The position numbers and the translations under genes were made by a program. A stretch of DNA of 62,991 nt, filler included, from Licmophora abbreviata (Eukaryota), in assembly GCA_900291995.1 (NCBI GenBank). It is 17 parts of 17 records of this genome, joined end to end, with 100 filler letters (N's around TTAATTAATTAA, not from the genome) between each part and the next. Parts side by side here need not be neighbours in the genome. Positions count along the whole stretch, not along the records: positions 17,113 to 20,194 come from OLMU01001052.1; positions 20,295 to 26,086 come from OLMU01001053.1; positions 26,187 to 33,042 come from OLMU01001054.1; 14 more parts are not named here. The stretch is one strand, 5' to 3'. How positions within the stretch are numbered: the first letter of the stretch is position 1; the number at the start of each line of letters is the position of its first letter. Below are positions 17,835-29,736 of this stretch, piece by piece. The notes beneath the pieces were generated by a model. The model was not told where the DNA came from and searched no databases. It worked only from the letters and a program-made list of their open reading frames with translations.

Positions 17835-19367
17835 TCAGATCAGCCAGAACGCGGCAAAGCTCGCCGCTATTCCGGCCGCGGCACCTCCTGCTGCCCACAA
17901 GGCCGGCACCAGACGGTTGGGCGCCGGCGGTGGCGTGTTCGGCGCCGAGCTTCGGATCAGCGCGTTTTCCACGATTCCCGGCAGGCGTGGGCCATAGCGC
18001 ACCAGAACCTCGAGCGTCTTTTGCAGATCCCTTGCCGCCGCGCGTGGTCCGATATTCTTGCGGATGTAATCCTCGACAACCGGGCGGGCGACCTGCCAGA
18101 TGTTGATCTGCGGGCTCAGCGACCGCGCGACGCCCTCGACCACAACCATCGTGCGTTGCAGCAAAATCAGCTCGGTGCGGGTTTCCATCCCGAACCGCTC
18201 GGTCACTTCGAACAGGTAACTCAGCAGCTTTCCCATGGAAATCTTGCTGGCATCCATCCCGAAGATCGGCTCGCCCACTGCGCGCAGCGCCCGTGCGAAA
18301 GCATCCACATCCCGATCCGCGGGCACATAACCGGCTTCGAAATGCACCTCCGCCACGCGGCGATAATCGCGCTTGATGAAGCCATAAAGGATCTCGGCAT
18401 AGACCTTGCGGGTATATTCGTCGATATGGCCCATGATACCGAAATCATAGGCGATGATATCTCCCGAGGCCGCCACCTTCAGGTTGCCCTGATGCATATC
18501 CGCGTGGAAATACCCGTCGCGCAGCGCGTGGCTCAGGAACAGCTGCAGAACCCGTTCTCCCAACTCATCTCGGTTATGGCCCGCGGCATCCAGTGCCGCA
18601 TTATCCCCAAGGGGCAGACCGTCGGCCCAGGTCATCGTCATCACGCGGCGGCCTGACAGCGGCCATTTGATCGCTGGCAGATCGAAGCCCGCATCATTGG
18701 CCGTATTGGCCGCGAATTCCCCTGCTGATGCGGCTTCAAGCCGCAAATCCAGCTCACCCATCACTACGCCTTCGAAATGCGCGATCACATCGGTGGGACG
18801 CAGCCGCCGTGATCCCGGCGACAGGAACTCGATCGTGCGCGCGGCGAAATAAAAGGCGTCGATATCGCGGCGAAACGCCCGTTCGATCCCCGGCCGCAGC
18901 ACCTTGACCGCCACCACCTCACCAGTGGTGCGCAGCTCGGCGCGGTGCACCTGGGCGATTGATGCTGCAGCCACAGGCTCGCTGAAACTGTCGAATACCG
19001 TCTCAACGGGCTGACCCAGTTGTTCGGCCACTTGCCGTTTGGCCTCGGCCACCGAGAAGGGCGGCAGCTTGTCCTGCAGTACACGCAGCTGCGTGGCAAG
19101 CTCGTTACCCACGAGATCGGGCCGCGTCGACAGGATCTGACCGAACTTGATATAGGCCGGCCCCAGTGCCGTGAGCGCCCGCGTCGCGGGCGGCACCGAC
19201 GGATCTCCGCGATAGCCCAGCCACTGAAACGGCCAGGCCAGCACCCGCATCGTCACCCGCACCAAAGGCGGCGCATCGAAGGCGGCCATCACCTGGGCCA
19301 TTGCGCCTGTGCGTTCCAGCGTGGCGCCGGTCACGATCAGCCGCAGGATATTGTGCGGACCCCTCAT
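17835..19367 (-). CDS. ubiB: Ubiquinone biosynthesis kinase-like protein UbiB
   Basis: LGPAYIKFGQILSTRPD, AAASIAQVH, FHADMHQGN; downstream of ubiE. Confidence 0.95.
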   Translation of the reverse strand: MRGPHNILRLIVTGATLERTGAMAQVMAAFDAPPLVRVTMRVLAWPFQWLGYRGDPSVPPATRALTALGPAYIKFGQILSTRPDLVGNELATQLRVLQDKLPPFSVAEAKRQVAEQLGQPVETVFDSFSEPVAAASIAQVHRAELRTTGEVVAVKVLRPGIERAFRRDIDAFYFAARTIEFLSPGSRRLRPTDVIAHFEGVVMGELDLRLEAASAGEFAANTANDAGFDLPAIKWPLSGRRVMTMTWADGLPLGDNAALDAAGHNRDELGERVLQLFLSHALRDGYFHADMHQGNLKVAASGDIIAYDFGIMGHIDEYTRKVYAEILYGFIKRDYRRVAEVHFEAGYVPADRDVDAFARALRAVGEPIFGMDASKISMGKLLSYLFEVTERFGMETRTELILLQRTMVVVEGVARSLSPQINIWQVARPVVEDYIRKNIGPRAAARDLQKTLEVLVRYGPRLPGIVENALIRSSAPNTPPPAPNRLVPALWAAGGAAAGIAASFAAFWLI

Positions 19368-20111
19368 TCAGATCTTCCAGCCGGAATGCAGACAGGCGAT
19401 GCCAAGGCTCAGATTGCGAAACTTCGCGTTTTCGAACCCCGCTGCCCGGACCATCTCCAGAAAGGTCTCCTGATCCGGAAACTTGCGGATCGATTCGACC
19501 AGATACTGATAGCTGTCCCTGTCGCCCGCAATCATCTGCCCCATGCGCGGGATGATGTTGAACGAGTAAAGGTCATAGGCCCATTGCATCAGGTCATTGG
19601 GAATCTGGCTGAACTCCAGCACCATCAGCCGCCCGCCGGGTCTGAGCACGCGAAATGCCTCGTTCAGCGCCTCTTGCGGGCGGGTGACGTTCCTTATGCC
19701 GAAGCTGATCGTGTAGACGTCGAAACTGTTGTCCTCGAAGGGCAGGGCCATCGCGTCGCCCACCATCCAGTCAAGCTGGTCCTCCATCTGTGCAGCCTCG
19801 GCCCGTTTGCGGCCCTCCACCAGCATCGGCTCCGTCAGATCCAGCACCGTCGCATGGCCCGACCCGGCCCGCTTGAGAAACCGAAAGCTGATATCCCCGG
19901 TGCCGCCCGCCACATCCAGCAGCCGCTGACCAGCCCTCGGGGCCAGCCAGTCCATCATCGCATCCTTCCAGACGCGGTGGATGCCAAAGGACATCGCATC
20001 ATTCATCACATCGTATTTCGACGCAACCGAGCCGAAAACGCCCCGCACGCGGCCCGCTTTCTCGCTTTCGGGCACATCCTGGAATCCGAAATGGGTGGTT
20101 TTCTCGTTCAT
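19368..20111 (-). CDS. ubiE: Ubiquinone/menaquinone C-methyltransferase UbiE
   Basis: [39 protein letters not shown]. Confidence 0.97.
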   Translation of the reverse strand: MNEKTTHFGFQDVPESEKAGRVRGVFGSVASKYDVMNDAMSFGIHRVWKDAMMDWLAPRAGQRLLDVAGGTGDISFRFLKRAGSGHATVLDLTEPMLVEGRKRAEAAQMEDQLDWMVGDAMALPFEDNSFDVYTISFGIRNVTRPQEALNEAFRVLRPGGRLMVLEFSQIPNDLMQWAYDLYSFNIIPRMGQMIAGDRDSYQYLVESIRKFPDQETFLEMVRAAGFENAKFRNLSLGIACLHSGWKI

Positions 20112-20294
20112 TGTCGCGTCCGGACCTTGCCGTTCATTCGTCACGACCTTCTTATAGGGTGCCCGGGGGTGGATACAATGCGCCCCTTTCGCAGNNNNNN
20201 NNNNNNNNNNNNNNNNNNNNNNNNNNNNNNNNNNNNNNTTAATTAATTAANNNNNNNNNNNNNNNNNNNNNNNNNNNNNNNNNNNNNNNNNNNN

Positions 20295-20572
20295 GGATTT
20301 CCCCAAAACGCCGCGCGCGCAACCTGTCTCGGGCGCGTGCCGCCGCGCTGGTTCCGATCATCCGCGACGTGCTGCGCGACGCGATCGAAGCAGGCGGTTC
20401 CTCGCTGCGTGATTTCCGGCAAGCCGACGGCGAACTCGGTTATTTTCAACACAGTTTCGACGTCTACGACCGAGAGGGCGACCCCTGCCGCACCCCCGGC
20501 TGCACCGGCACCATCACCCGCATCGTGCAATCCGGCCGATCCAGCTTCTATTGCACTTTATGCCAAAGATGA
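20295..20572 (+). CDS. mutM: Formamidopyrimidine-DNA glycosylase, C-terminal fragment
   Basis: [12 protein letters not shown]...[14 protein letters not shown]...[12 protein letters not shown] zinc finger; rest in gap. Confidence 0.9.
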
Positions 20573-20637
20573 GGTTGATCCGCGCGCGAACGATGGTAAG
20601 GAATCCGTCCTGACAGAAACAAGCGAAAGCAGATTTC

Positions 20638-21414
20638 ATGGCCTATGAGACGATCATCGTCGAAATAGAAGACCACGTCGCCCTCATCAAACTCAACCGC
20701 CCCGACGCCCTGAACGCGCTCAATGCCCAGCTGATGACCGAGCTGTGCACGGCCCTCAAGGACGCGCAGGCGAATGACAAGGTGCGCTGCATCATCCTGA
20801 CCGGTTCGGACAAGGCCTTCGCCGCCGGCGCCGACATCAAGATGATGAACGAGAAGACCTTCGTCGATGTGTTTTCCGAAGACCTGTTCGGTCCGGAAAG
20901 CGATGCGATCATGCGCGTGCGCAAACCCATCATTGCCGCGGTTTCGGGCTATGCGCTCGGCGGCGGCTGCGAGCTGGCGATGATGTGCGATTTCATCATC
21001 GCGTCCGACACCGCAAAATTCGGCCAGCCCGAGATCAATCTCGGCGTCATGGCGGGTCTTGGCGGAAGCCAGCGTCTGACCCGCTTCATCGGCAAGTCCA
21101 AGGCGATGGACATGAACCTGACGGGCCGTTTCATGGATGCCGAAGAGGCCGAGCGCTCCGGGCTGGTCAGCCGCGTCGTGCCGGTCAAGAAGCTGATGGA
21201 AGAGGCGCGCAGCGCCGCCGACAAGATCGCCGAGAAATCCATGGTCACCGTGATGGCGGTCAAGGAATCGGTGAACCGCTCCTACGAGACGACCCTGCGC
21301 GAGGGTCTCCTGTTCGAGCGTCGCGTCTTTCACTCGCTCTTCGCGACCGAGGATCAGTCCGAAGGCATGGCCGCTTTCATCGAAAAGCGCGAGCCGCAAT
21401 TTCGCGACAAATGA
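20638..21414 (+). CDS. Enoyl-CoA hydratase
   Basis: [30 protein letters not shown]. Confidence 0.95.
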   Translation: MAYETIIVEIEDHVALIKLNRPDALNALNAQLMTELCTALKDAQANDKVRCIILTGSDKAFAAGADIKMMNEKTFVDVFSEDLFGPESDAIMRVRKPIIAAVSGYALGGGCELAMMCDFIIASDTAKFGQPEINLGVMAGLGGSQRLTRFIGKSKAMDMNLTGRFMDAEEAERSGLVSRVVPVKKLMEEARSAADKIAEKSMVTVMAVKESVNRSYETTLREGLLFERRVFHSLFATEDQSEGMAAFIEKREPQFRDK

Positions 21415-21671
21415 CACCAACCGGGCAAGGCCGTTCGCGCGGCCTTGCCCCGGCGCCCGATCGTGGCCCAATGCTGCGACGCTGCCCGCCGGTTTCAAAC
21501 GCGTCCCCTTCAGTTTCGGCTTTGCAATCTTGTCGAACTTGGCTATAGGCCAGCGTCATACATGCGCGTGCGGCCCGCTCTGGCCAGAATCACCTCCGGT
21601 CGATACGTCGCCCGCTCGGGTTGCCTCCGCGCTATAGAGACAATGAAAACCTGACAGAGGTCCGATTCAAA

Positions 21672-21935
21672 ATGGCAAATACGCCCCAGTCCAAAAAACG
21701 CGCTCGTCAAAGCGAAACTCGCCTGACCGTCAACAAAGGACGCCGTTCGCGCATCCGCACCTTCCTCCGCAAGGTCGAAGAAGCGATCGCTTCGGGCGAC
21801 AAGGAAGCCGCCCAAGCCGCCCTGCGCGCGGCTCAGCCTGAACTGATGCGCGGTGTGACCAAGGGTGTGTTCCACAAGAACACCGCGTCGCGTAAAATGT
21901 CGCGTCTTTCCGCCCGCGTGAAGTCGCTCGGCTAA
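21672..21935 (+). CDS. rpsT: 30S ribosomal protein S20
   Basis: [13 protein letters not shown]...[12 protein letters not shown]. Confidence 0.97.
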   Translation: MANTPQSKKRARQSETRLTVNKGRRSRIRTFLRKVEEAIASGDKEAAQAALRAAQPELMRGVTKGVFHKNTASRKMSRLSARVKSLG

Positions 21936-21969
21936 GGCGCCGCGCGCCACATCGCTAAATCATTGATAC

Positions 21970-21999
21970 AAAAGGCGCCGGTCAATCCGGCGCTTTTTT
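21970..21999 (+). terminator. Rho-independent terminator after rpsT
   Basis: GCGCCGG-TCAAT-CCGGCGC stem followed by a T tract. Confidence 0.7.
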
Positions 22000-22412
22000 G
22001 CGTTTGTGGCTTTCGCGAACGGTCCGGAGATTCTTTTGGCCCAAACCTTCTGTCAAGCGCGAAGTTCAGTTGCCCGCGCGCCTTCGGGCTTGGTAGTTTC
22101 CCTGAGCGATTCAAGCTTGGGGGGACAAGTGGCGCAGCGGTTCGGGGACACATCGTGTATGTCTCCCGAGTGTTAGGTGTAAGCCTGCGTCATGTCCGGC
22201 AAGTCTTTGCGCAACATATGCTGAAAACGCGGTATGGGACTGTCCCGCGTAAGTCGGCTGGTTGCGTCCATTTGAATATACGGGTCCGGTCAGGGCCGCT
22301 CTTCCGCTGCAGTTTTTTGCAGCGGGCGGGGTGGCGTTTTGCCTGATTCCCCTCTCGGGTCGCGAGCCATTATGGCGCACAAGAAATGTCGCGATGTCGA
22401 GACGGGGGAAAA

Positions 22413-23834
22413 ATGACGCAGGAACAATGGGGCCAATTAAAGCAGGACCTTCTGAAATCGGTCGGGAAAAACAACTATACCAACTGGATCGAGCCTCTTG
22501 AGCTTGCGGATGTCAACGAAGGCGTCGCCACCTTCAGCGTCCCGACCAGCTTTCTGGGCAATTACGTGTCCCAGAATTTCGGGGATCTCATTCTTTACAA
22601 GATGAACACGTTCGCGCCCGATATCCGCCGGGTGCAGTTTCGTGTCGCCGCCAATTCCGCGGCGCGTCCCGTGATGGCGGCCCCTTCAGGCACGCGCCCG
22701 GATCCGGACGGCGCTGCAGATGCGCCCGCCTCTGCCACCCGGTCCAGCGTGACGACCGATGCCGGTCAACCGCAATCCGCCTCGGATATCCGCCTCAACA
22801 CAGCACCGCTCGATGAAAGATTCACGTTCGACAGTTTCGTGGTCGGCAAGCCCAACGAGCTGGCCCATGCCGCCGCGCGCCGTGTCGCCGAAGGCGGCCC
22901 GGTCACCTTCAACCCGCTCTTTCTTTACGGCGGCGTCGGCCTCGGCAAGACGCACCTGATGCACGCCATCGCCTGGGAGCTGAAACAGCGCAGCCCCGAG
23001 CTGACGGTGCTTTACCTCTCGGCCGAGCAGTTCATGTACCGCTTCGTGCAGGCGCTTCGCGACCGCAAGATGATGGATTTCAAGGAATTGTTTCGCTCGG
23101 TCGATGTGCTGATGGTCGATGACGTGCAGTTCATCGCCGGCAAGGAAAGCACGCAGGAAGAATTCTTTCACACCTTCAATGCGCTCGTGGACCAGAACAA
23201 GCAGATCGTGATCTCCGGCGACCGCGCCCCCGGCGAGATCGCCAATCTCGAAGATCGCATCAAATCGCGCCTGCAATGTGGTCTGGTGGTCGATCTTCAC
23301 CCCACCGACTACGAATTGCGCCTCGGCATCCTGCAGTCCAAATCCGAGCATTACGCCCGCCAATATCCCGATCTCAAGCTGTCCAACGGCGTTCTGGAAT
23401 TCCTCGCCCACCGGATCAGCACCAATGTCCGCGTTCTCGAAGGCGCCCTGACCCGGCTGTTCGCCTTCGCCTCGCTGGTCGGTCACGAGATCACCCTCGA
23501 ACTTACCCAGGATTGCCTTGCCGACATCCTGCGCGCCTCTGAACGCAAGGTCAGCGTCGAGGAAATCCAGCGCCAGGTGGCCGACCACTACAACATCCGC
23601 CTCAGCGAGATGATCGGCCCCAAACGCCTGCGCGCCTTTGCCCGGCCCCGTCAGGTGGCCATGTACCTGTGCAAGCAGATGACCAGCCGGTCGCTGCCGG
23701 AAATCGGCCGGCGCTTCGGCGGCCGCGACCACACCACCGTCATGCACGGCGTCAAGCGGATCGAAGAGTTGCAGATGCAGGACGCGCAGATCGCCGAAGA
23801 CCTCGAAATCCTGCGCCGCACCCTCGAAAGCTAG
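22413..23834 (+). CDS. dnaA: Chromosomal replication initiator DnaA
   Basis: FNPLFLYGGVGLGKTHL, DDVQF, GGRDHTTVMH. Confidence 0.98.
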   Translation: MTQEQWGQLKQDLLKSVGKNNYTNWIEPLELADVNEGVATFSVPTSFLGNYVSQNFGDLILYKMNTFAPDIRRVQFRVAANSAARPVMAAPSGTRPDPDGAADAPASATRSSVTTDAGQPQSASDIRLNTAPLDERFTFDSFVVGKPNELAHAAARRVAEGGPVTFNPLFLYGGVGLGKTHLMHAIAWELKQRSPELTVLYLSAEQFMYRFVQALRDRKMMDFKELFRSVDVLMVDDVQFIAGKESTQEEFFHTFNALVDQNKQIVISGDRAPGEIANLEDRIKSRLQCGLVVDLHPTDYELRLGILQSKSEHYARQYPDLKLSNGVLEFLAHRISTNVRVLEGALTRLFAFASLVGHEITLELTQDCLADILRASERKVSVEEIQRQVADHYNIRLSEMIGPKRLRAFARPRQVAMYLCKQMTSRSLPEIGRRFGGRDHTTVMHGVKRIEELQMQDAQIAEDLEILRRTLES

Positions 23835-24000
23835 GCATCCGCGCCCCTTTGGCAACACCGGCCCCGCCCCTGCGCGGGGCCGCACTTGACCCGTGCCCCA
23901 TTAAGGCCGAAAACGTCAACAAAAGGCTTGAGCCGTAAGGGGATTTTGCTAACGTGCCCCTCCCGGTGTGACGCCGGTATCCTATGCAGGGAGCGAGTGG

Positions 24001-25119
24001 ATGAAACTCAGCATTGAACGCGGCACGCTGCTCAAGGCCGTAGCGCAGGCGCAATCCGTCGTCGAGCGGCGCAACACCATTCCGATCCTTGCCAACGTCC
24101 TCATCGAAGCCGAGGGCGACACCGTGCAGTTCCGCGCCACCGATCTCGATATCGAGGTGGTCGACAAGGCCCCCGCCAAGGTCGAACGCGCCGGCGCCAC
24201 CACCGTCAACGCCGTGATGCTGCACGAGATCGTTCGCAAGCTGCCCGATGGCGCGCTCGTGACCCTGACCGATGACAGCGCCACGGGCCGCCTAACCGTC
24301 GAGGCGGGACGCTCGAACTTCAACCTCGCCACTCTCCCGAAAGAGGATTTCCCGGTGATGGCGTCGTCGGAATATGCCAGCAATTTCAGCGCCCCCGCGC
24401 CTGTGCTGCGTCGCCTTTTCGACAAGTCGAAATTCGCCATTTCCACCGAAGAGACCCGCTATTACCTCAACGGTGTCTACATGCATATCGCGGATGCCGA
24501 AGGCGGCAAGGTGCTGCGCTGCGTGGCCACCGATGGTCACCGTCTTGCGCGCATCGACGCCGATCTGCCCATCGGCGCCGAGGACATGCCCGGCGTGATC
24601 GTGCCCCGTAAAACCGTGGGCGAGCTGCGCAAGCTTCTGGAAGATGACGACATGAAGATCGCCGTCTCGGTCTCAGAAACCAAGGTGCGCTTCGCGACCC
24701 CCGACATCACCCTGACCTCCAAGGTGATCGACGGCACGTTCCCCGACTACACCCGCGTCATTCCACAGGGCAACACCCGCAAGATGGAAGTGGACGCCGC
24801 CGAATTCGCCAAGGCCGTTGACCGTGTGGCCACCGTCAGCTCCGAACGCTCGCGTGCCGTGAAACTGACCCTGGACGAAGACCGCCTCGTCCTGTCCGTC
24901 AACGCCCCCGACAGCGGCGCCGCCGAGGAAGAGCTTGCCGTGGCTTACGGCGATGAACGGCTGGAAATCGGCTTCAACGCCAAATACCTGCTGGAAATCG
25001 CAAGCCAGGTGGATCGTGAAAACGCCGTGTTCATGTTCAACTCTTCGGGCGATCCCACCCTGATGCGCGAAGGCAACGACACCAGCGCCGTCTACGTCGT
25101 CATGCCGATGCGGGTTTAA
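24001..25119 (+). CDS. dnaN: DNA polymerase III beta clamp
   Basis: RRNTIPILANV, ETRYYLNG, VATDGHRL, VVMPMRV. Confidence 0.98.
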   Translation: MKLSIERGTLLKAVAQAQSVVERRNTIPILANVLIEAEGDTVQFRATDLDIEVVDKAPAKVERAGATTVNAVMLHEIVRKLPDGALVTLTDDSATGRLTVEAGRSNFNLATLPKEDFPVMASSEYASNFSAPAPVLRRLFDKSKFAISTEETRYYLNGVYMHIADAEGGKVLRCVATDGHRLARIDADLPIGAEDMPGVIVPRKTVGELRKLLEDDDMKIAVSVSETKVRFATPDITLTSKVIDGTFPDYTRVIPQGNTRKMEVDAAEFAKAVDRVATVSSERSRAVKLTLDEDRLVLSVNAPDSGAAEEELAVAYGDERLEIGFNAKYLLEIASQVDRENAVFMFNSSGDPTLMREGNDTSAVYVVMPMRV

Positions 25120-25145
25120 CCCTGGCTGTCATGCTTCAGAATAAC

Positions 25146-25179
25146 GGGACGGCAAGCGATGCTTTGCCGTCCCTTTTTC
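25146..25179 (+). terminator. Terminator hairpin after dnaN
   Basis: GGGACGGCAA...TTGCCGTCCC followed by TTTTT. Confidence 0.65.
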
Positions 25180-25204
25180 TTGTTCTCTGGACGTAATCGG
25201 GCCG

Positions 25205-26086
25205 ATGGGATCTCTCCACATCTCCAGACTGACGCTCTCGCATTTCCGCTCGCACAAGGGCGCGACGCTCGATGTCGATTCGCGCCCCGTGGCGATTTAC
25301 GGCCCCAATGGCGCGGGCAAGACGAACATCCTCGAAGCGGTATCGCTGTTTTCTCCGGGCCGTGGTCTCCGTCGGGCGGCCGCGCAGGATATGGCCCGCC
25401 GCCCCGAGGCGCTTGGCTGGAAGGTGACCGGTATCCTGCACTCTCTGCATCAGCTCCACGAGGTCGAGTTGTGGTCCGAGGAAGGCGCCGCCCGTCAGAC
25501 CCGGATCGATGGCAAGCCCGCTGCACAGACCGCTCTTGGCCGGATCGCGCGCGTGCTGTGGCTGGTGCCCAGCATGGACCGGCTCTGGATCGAAGGCACC
25601 GAAGGCCGCCGCCGCTTTCTCGATCGCATGACGCTCAGTTTCCGGCCCGATCACGCCGATATCTCGCTGACCTACGAAAAAGCCATGCGCGAACGCAATC
25701 GCCTGCTCAAGGATCAGGTGCGCGATGCGCATTGGTATGTGGCTCTGGAACGGCAATTGGCCGAAACCGGCGCGGCCATTCATGCCAATCGCCTCCATGC
25801 GTTGGATCAGTTGCGCGATGCGCAGGCGGAGGCTGAAACAGCCTTTCCCGCCGCCGACCTCGAGCTGATCTCGACCGAGGTCGACATGCCGGACACCCCC
25901 GCCGATCTGGCCGAGGCGCTGGCCGAAAGCCGGTTTCGCGATCTGGCCGCGGGCCGCACCCTGATCGGGCCGCACCGCGCCGATCTTTACGGGGTCTATG
26001 CGGCCAAGGGCGTGCCCGCGCGCGATTGTTCCACCGGCGAGCAAAAGGCCCTTCTGGTCTCGCTGATCCTCGCCAATGCCCGGGCG
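25205..26086 (+). CDS. recF: DNA replication/repair protein RecF, 3' end in gap
   Basis: GPNGAGKTNILEA, RRRFLDR, GPHRADL, CSTGEQK. Confidence 0.95.
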
Positions 26087-26186
26087 NNNNNNNNNNNNNN
26101 NNNNNNNNNNNNNNNNNNNNNNNNNNNNNNTTAATTAATTAANNNNNNNNNNNNNNNNNNNNNNNNNNNNNNNNNNNNNNNNNNNN

Positions 26187-26408
26187 ATCACGTTGGCGCA
26201 GAACTTCGCAACCGAGGCCGATGTGGATGCCGCATTCGATGCGGCGCTCGCCGCCGGCGCAACCGCGCTGAAGCGTCCTGAAAAGGTGTTCTGGGGTGGC
26301 TATTCGGGCTATGTCGCCGATCCCGATGGCCATGTCTGGGAATTGGCAATGAACCCGTTCTGGACCCTGTCCGACGATGGCAGCCTCAGCTTGACGGCCC
26401 CTGCGTGA
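26187..26408 (+). CDS. VOC/glyoxalase family protein, C-terminal fragment
   Basis: FWGGYSGYVADPDGHVWE motif. Confidence 0.85.
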   Translation: MTLAQNFATEADVDAAFDAALAAGATALKRPEKVFWGGYSGYVADPDGHVWELAMNPFWTLSDDGSLSLTAPA

Positions 26409-27025
26409 CCCTGACCCTGTCCGATCTGGCACTCTATGCCGGTGCGCTTCTGATCCTCTTCCTGACGCCGGGTCCGGTGTGGCTGGCGATGCTGGCGCGG
26501 TCGATGTCGGGGGGCTTTCATGCCGCGTGGCCCTTGGCGCTTGGCGTCGTGGTGGGCGACATGCTCTGGCCGTTTCTGGCCATTCTCGGCGTGACATGGA
26601 TCGTGTCGGTGTTTACCGGTTTCATGATCGCGCTGCAGGTTCTTGCGGTCCTGATGTTCGTCGGCATGGGGGCGCTTTTGATCCGCAATGCCGACCGCTC
26701 CATCGCCGCCGACAGCCGCCTGACCCGCCCCGGCAAATGGGCAGGGTTCATGGCCGGTCTGGCGGCGATCCTCGGCAATCCCAAGGCGATCCTGTTTTAC
26801 ATGGGCGTTTTGCCGGGGTTTTTCGATCTTCAGAGCATCACGCCCCCCGACATCGCCGCGATCGTGTTCTTGTCCTTCGCCGTGCCGCTCGTGGGCAACC
26901 TGTCGCTGGCGCTGTTCGTGGACCGCATCCGCCGGGTGATGAGTTCCCCCGCTGCGATCCGCCGCACGAACGTGATTTCCGGCTGGCTTCTGATCGGCGT
27001 CGGCGTCCTCATCGTCTTCACCTGA
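26405..27025 (+). CDS. LysE family translocator
   Basis: LTPGP and GNPKAILFY motifs; hydrophobic. Confidence 0.9.
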   Translation: MTLTLSDLALYAGALLILFLTPGPVWLAMLARSMSGGFHAAWPLALGVVVGDMLWPFLAILGVTWIVSVFTGFMIALQVLAVLMFVGMGALLIRNADRSIAADSRLTRPGKWAGFMAGLAAILGNPKAILFYMGVLPGFFDLQSITPPDIAAIVFLSFAVPLVGNLSLALFVDRIRRVMSSPAAIRRTNVISGWLLIGVGVLIVFT

Positions 27026-27047
27026 CCCGCTTTTCGGCCCCGGTCGC

Positions 27048-27102
27048 ACCGACGCGGCACCGACACGATACCGACGTCATACCGACGTGATACCGATGCG
27101 GT
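27048..27102. repeat. Five ACCGAY units at 11-bp spacing upstream of gyrB
   Basis: ACCGAC at 27048, 27059, 27070 and 27081; ACCGAT at 27092. Confidence 0.85.
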
Positions 27103-27161
27103 TTTTCGCCCCTCTTCCGCAGACCCGAATTGTCGCCCATAACCACAAAATATTGGGGTAA

Positions 27162-29639
<2,478 letters not shown>

Positions 29640-29736
29640 CATCTCGTCCTGACATCGCGGCACCGATTCAAACGGATGAAACCGGGCCGGGCCTTGCAAG
29701 ATGCAGGCCCGGCCCGGTTGATTTCGGCACCAGGGG

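Noticed and set aside
21936..22412. oriC in the rpsT-dnaA intergenic region
   Set aside because: No TTATCCACA DnaA-box cluster or AT-rich unwinding element seen; more likely just the dnaA promoter and leader.
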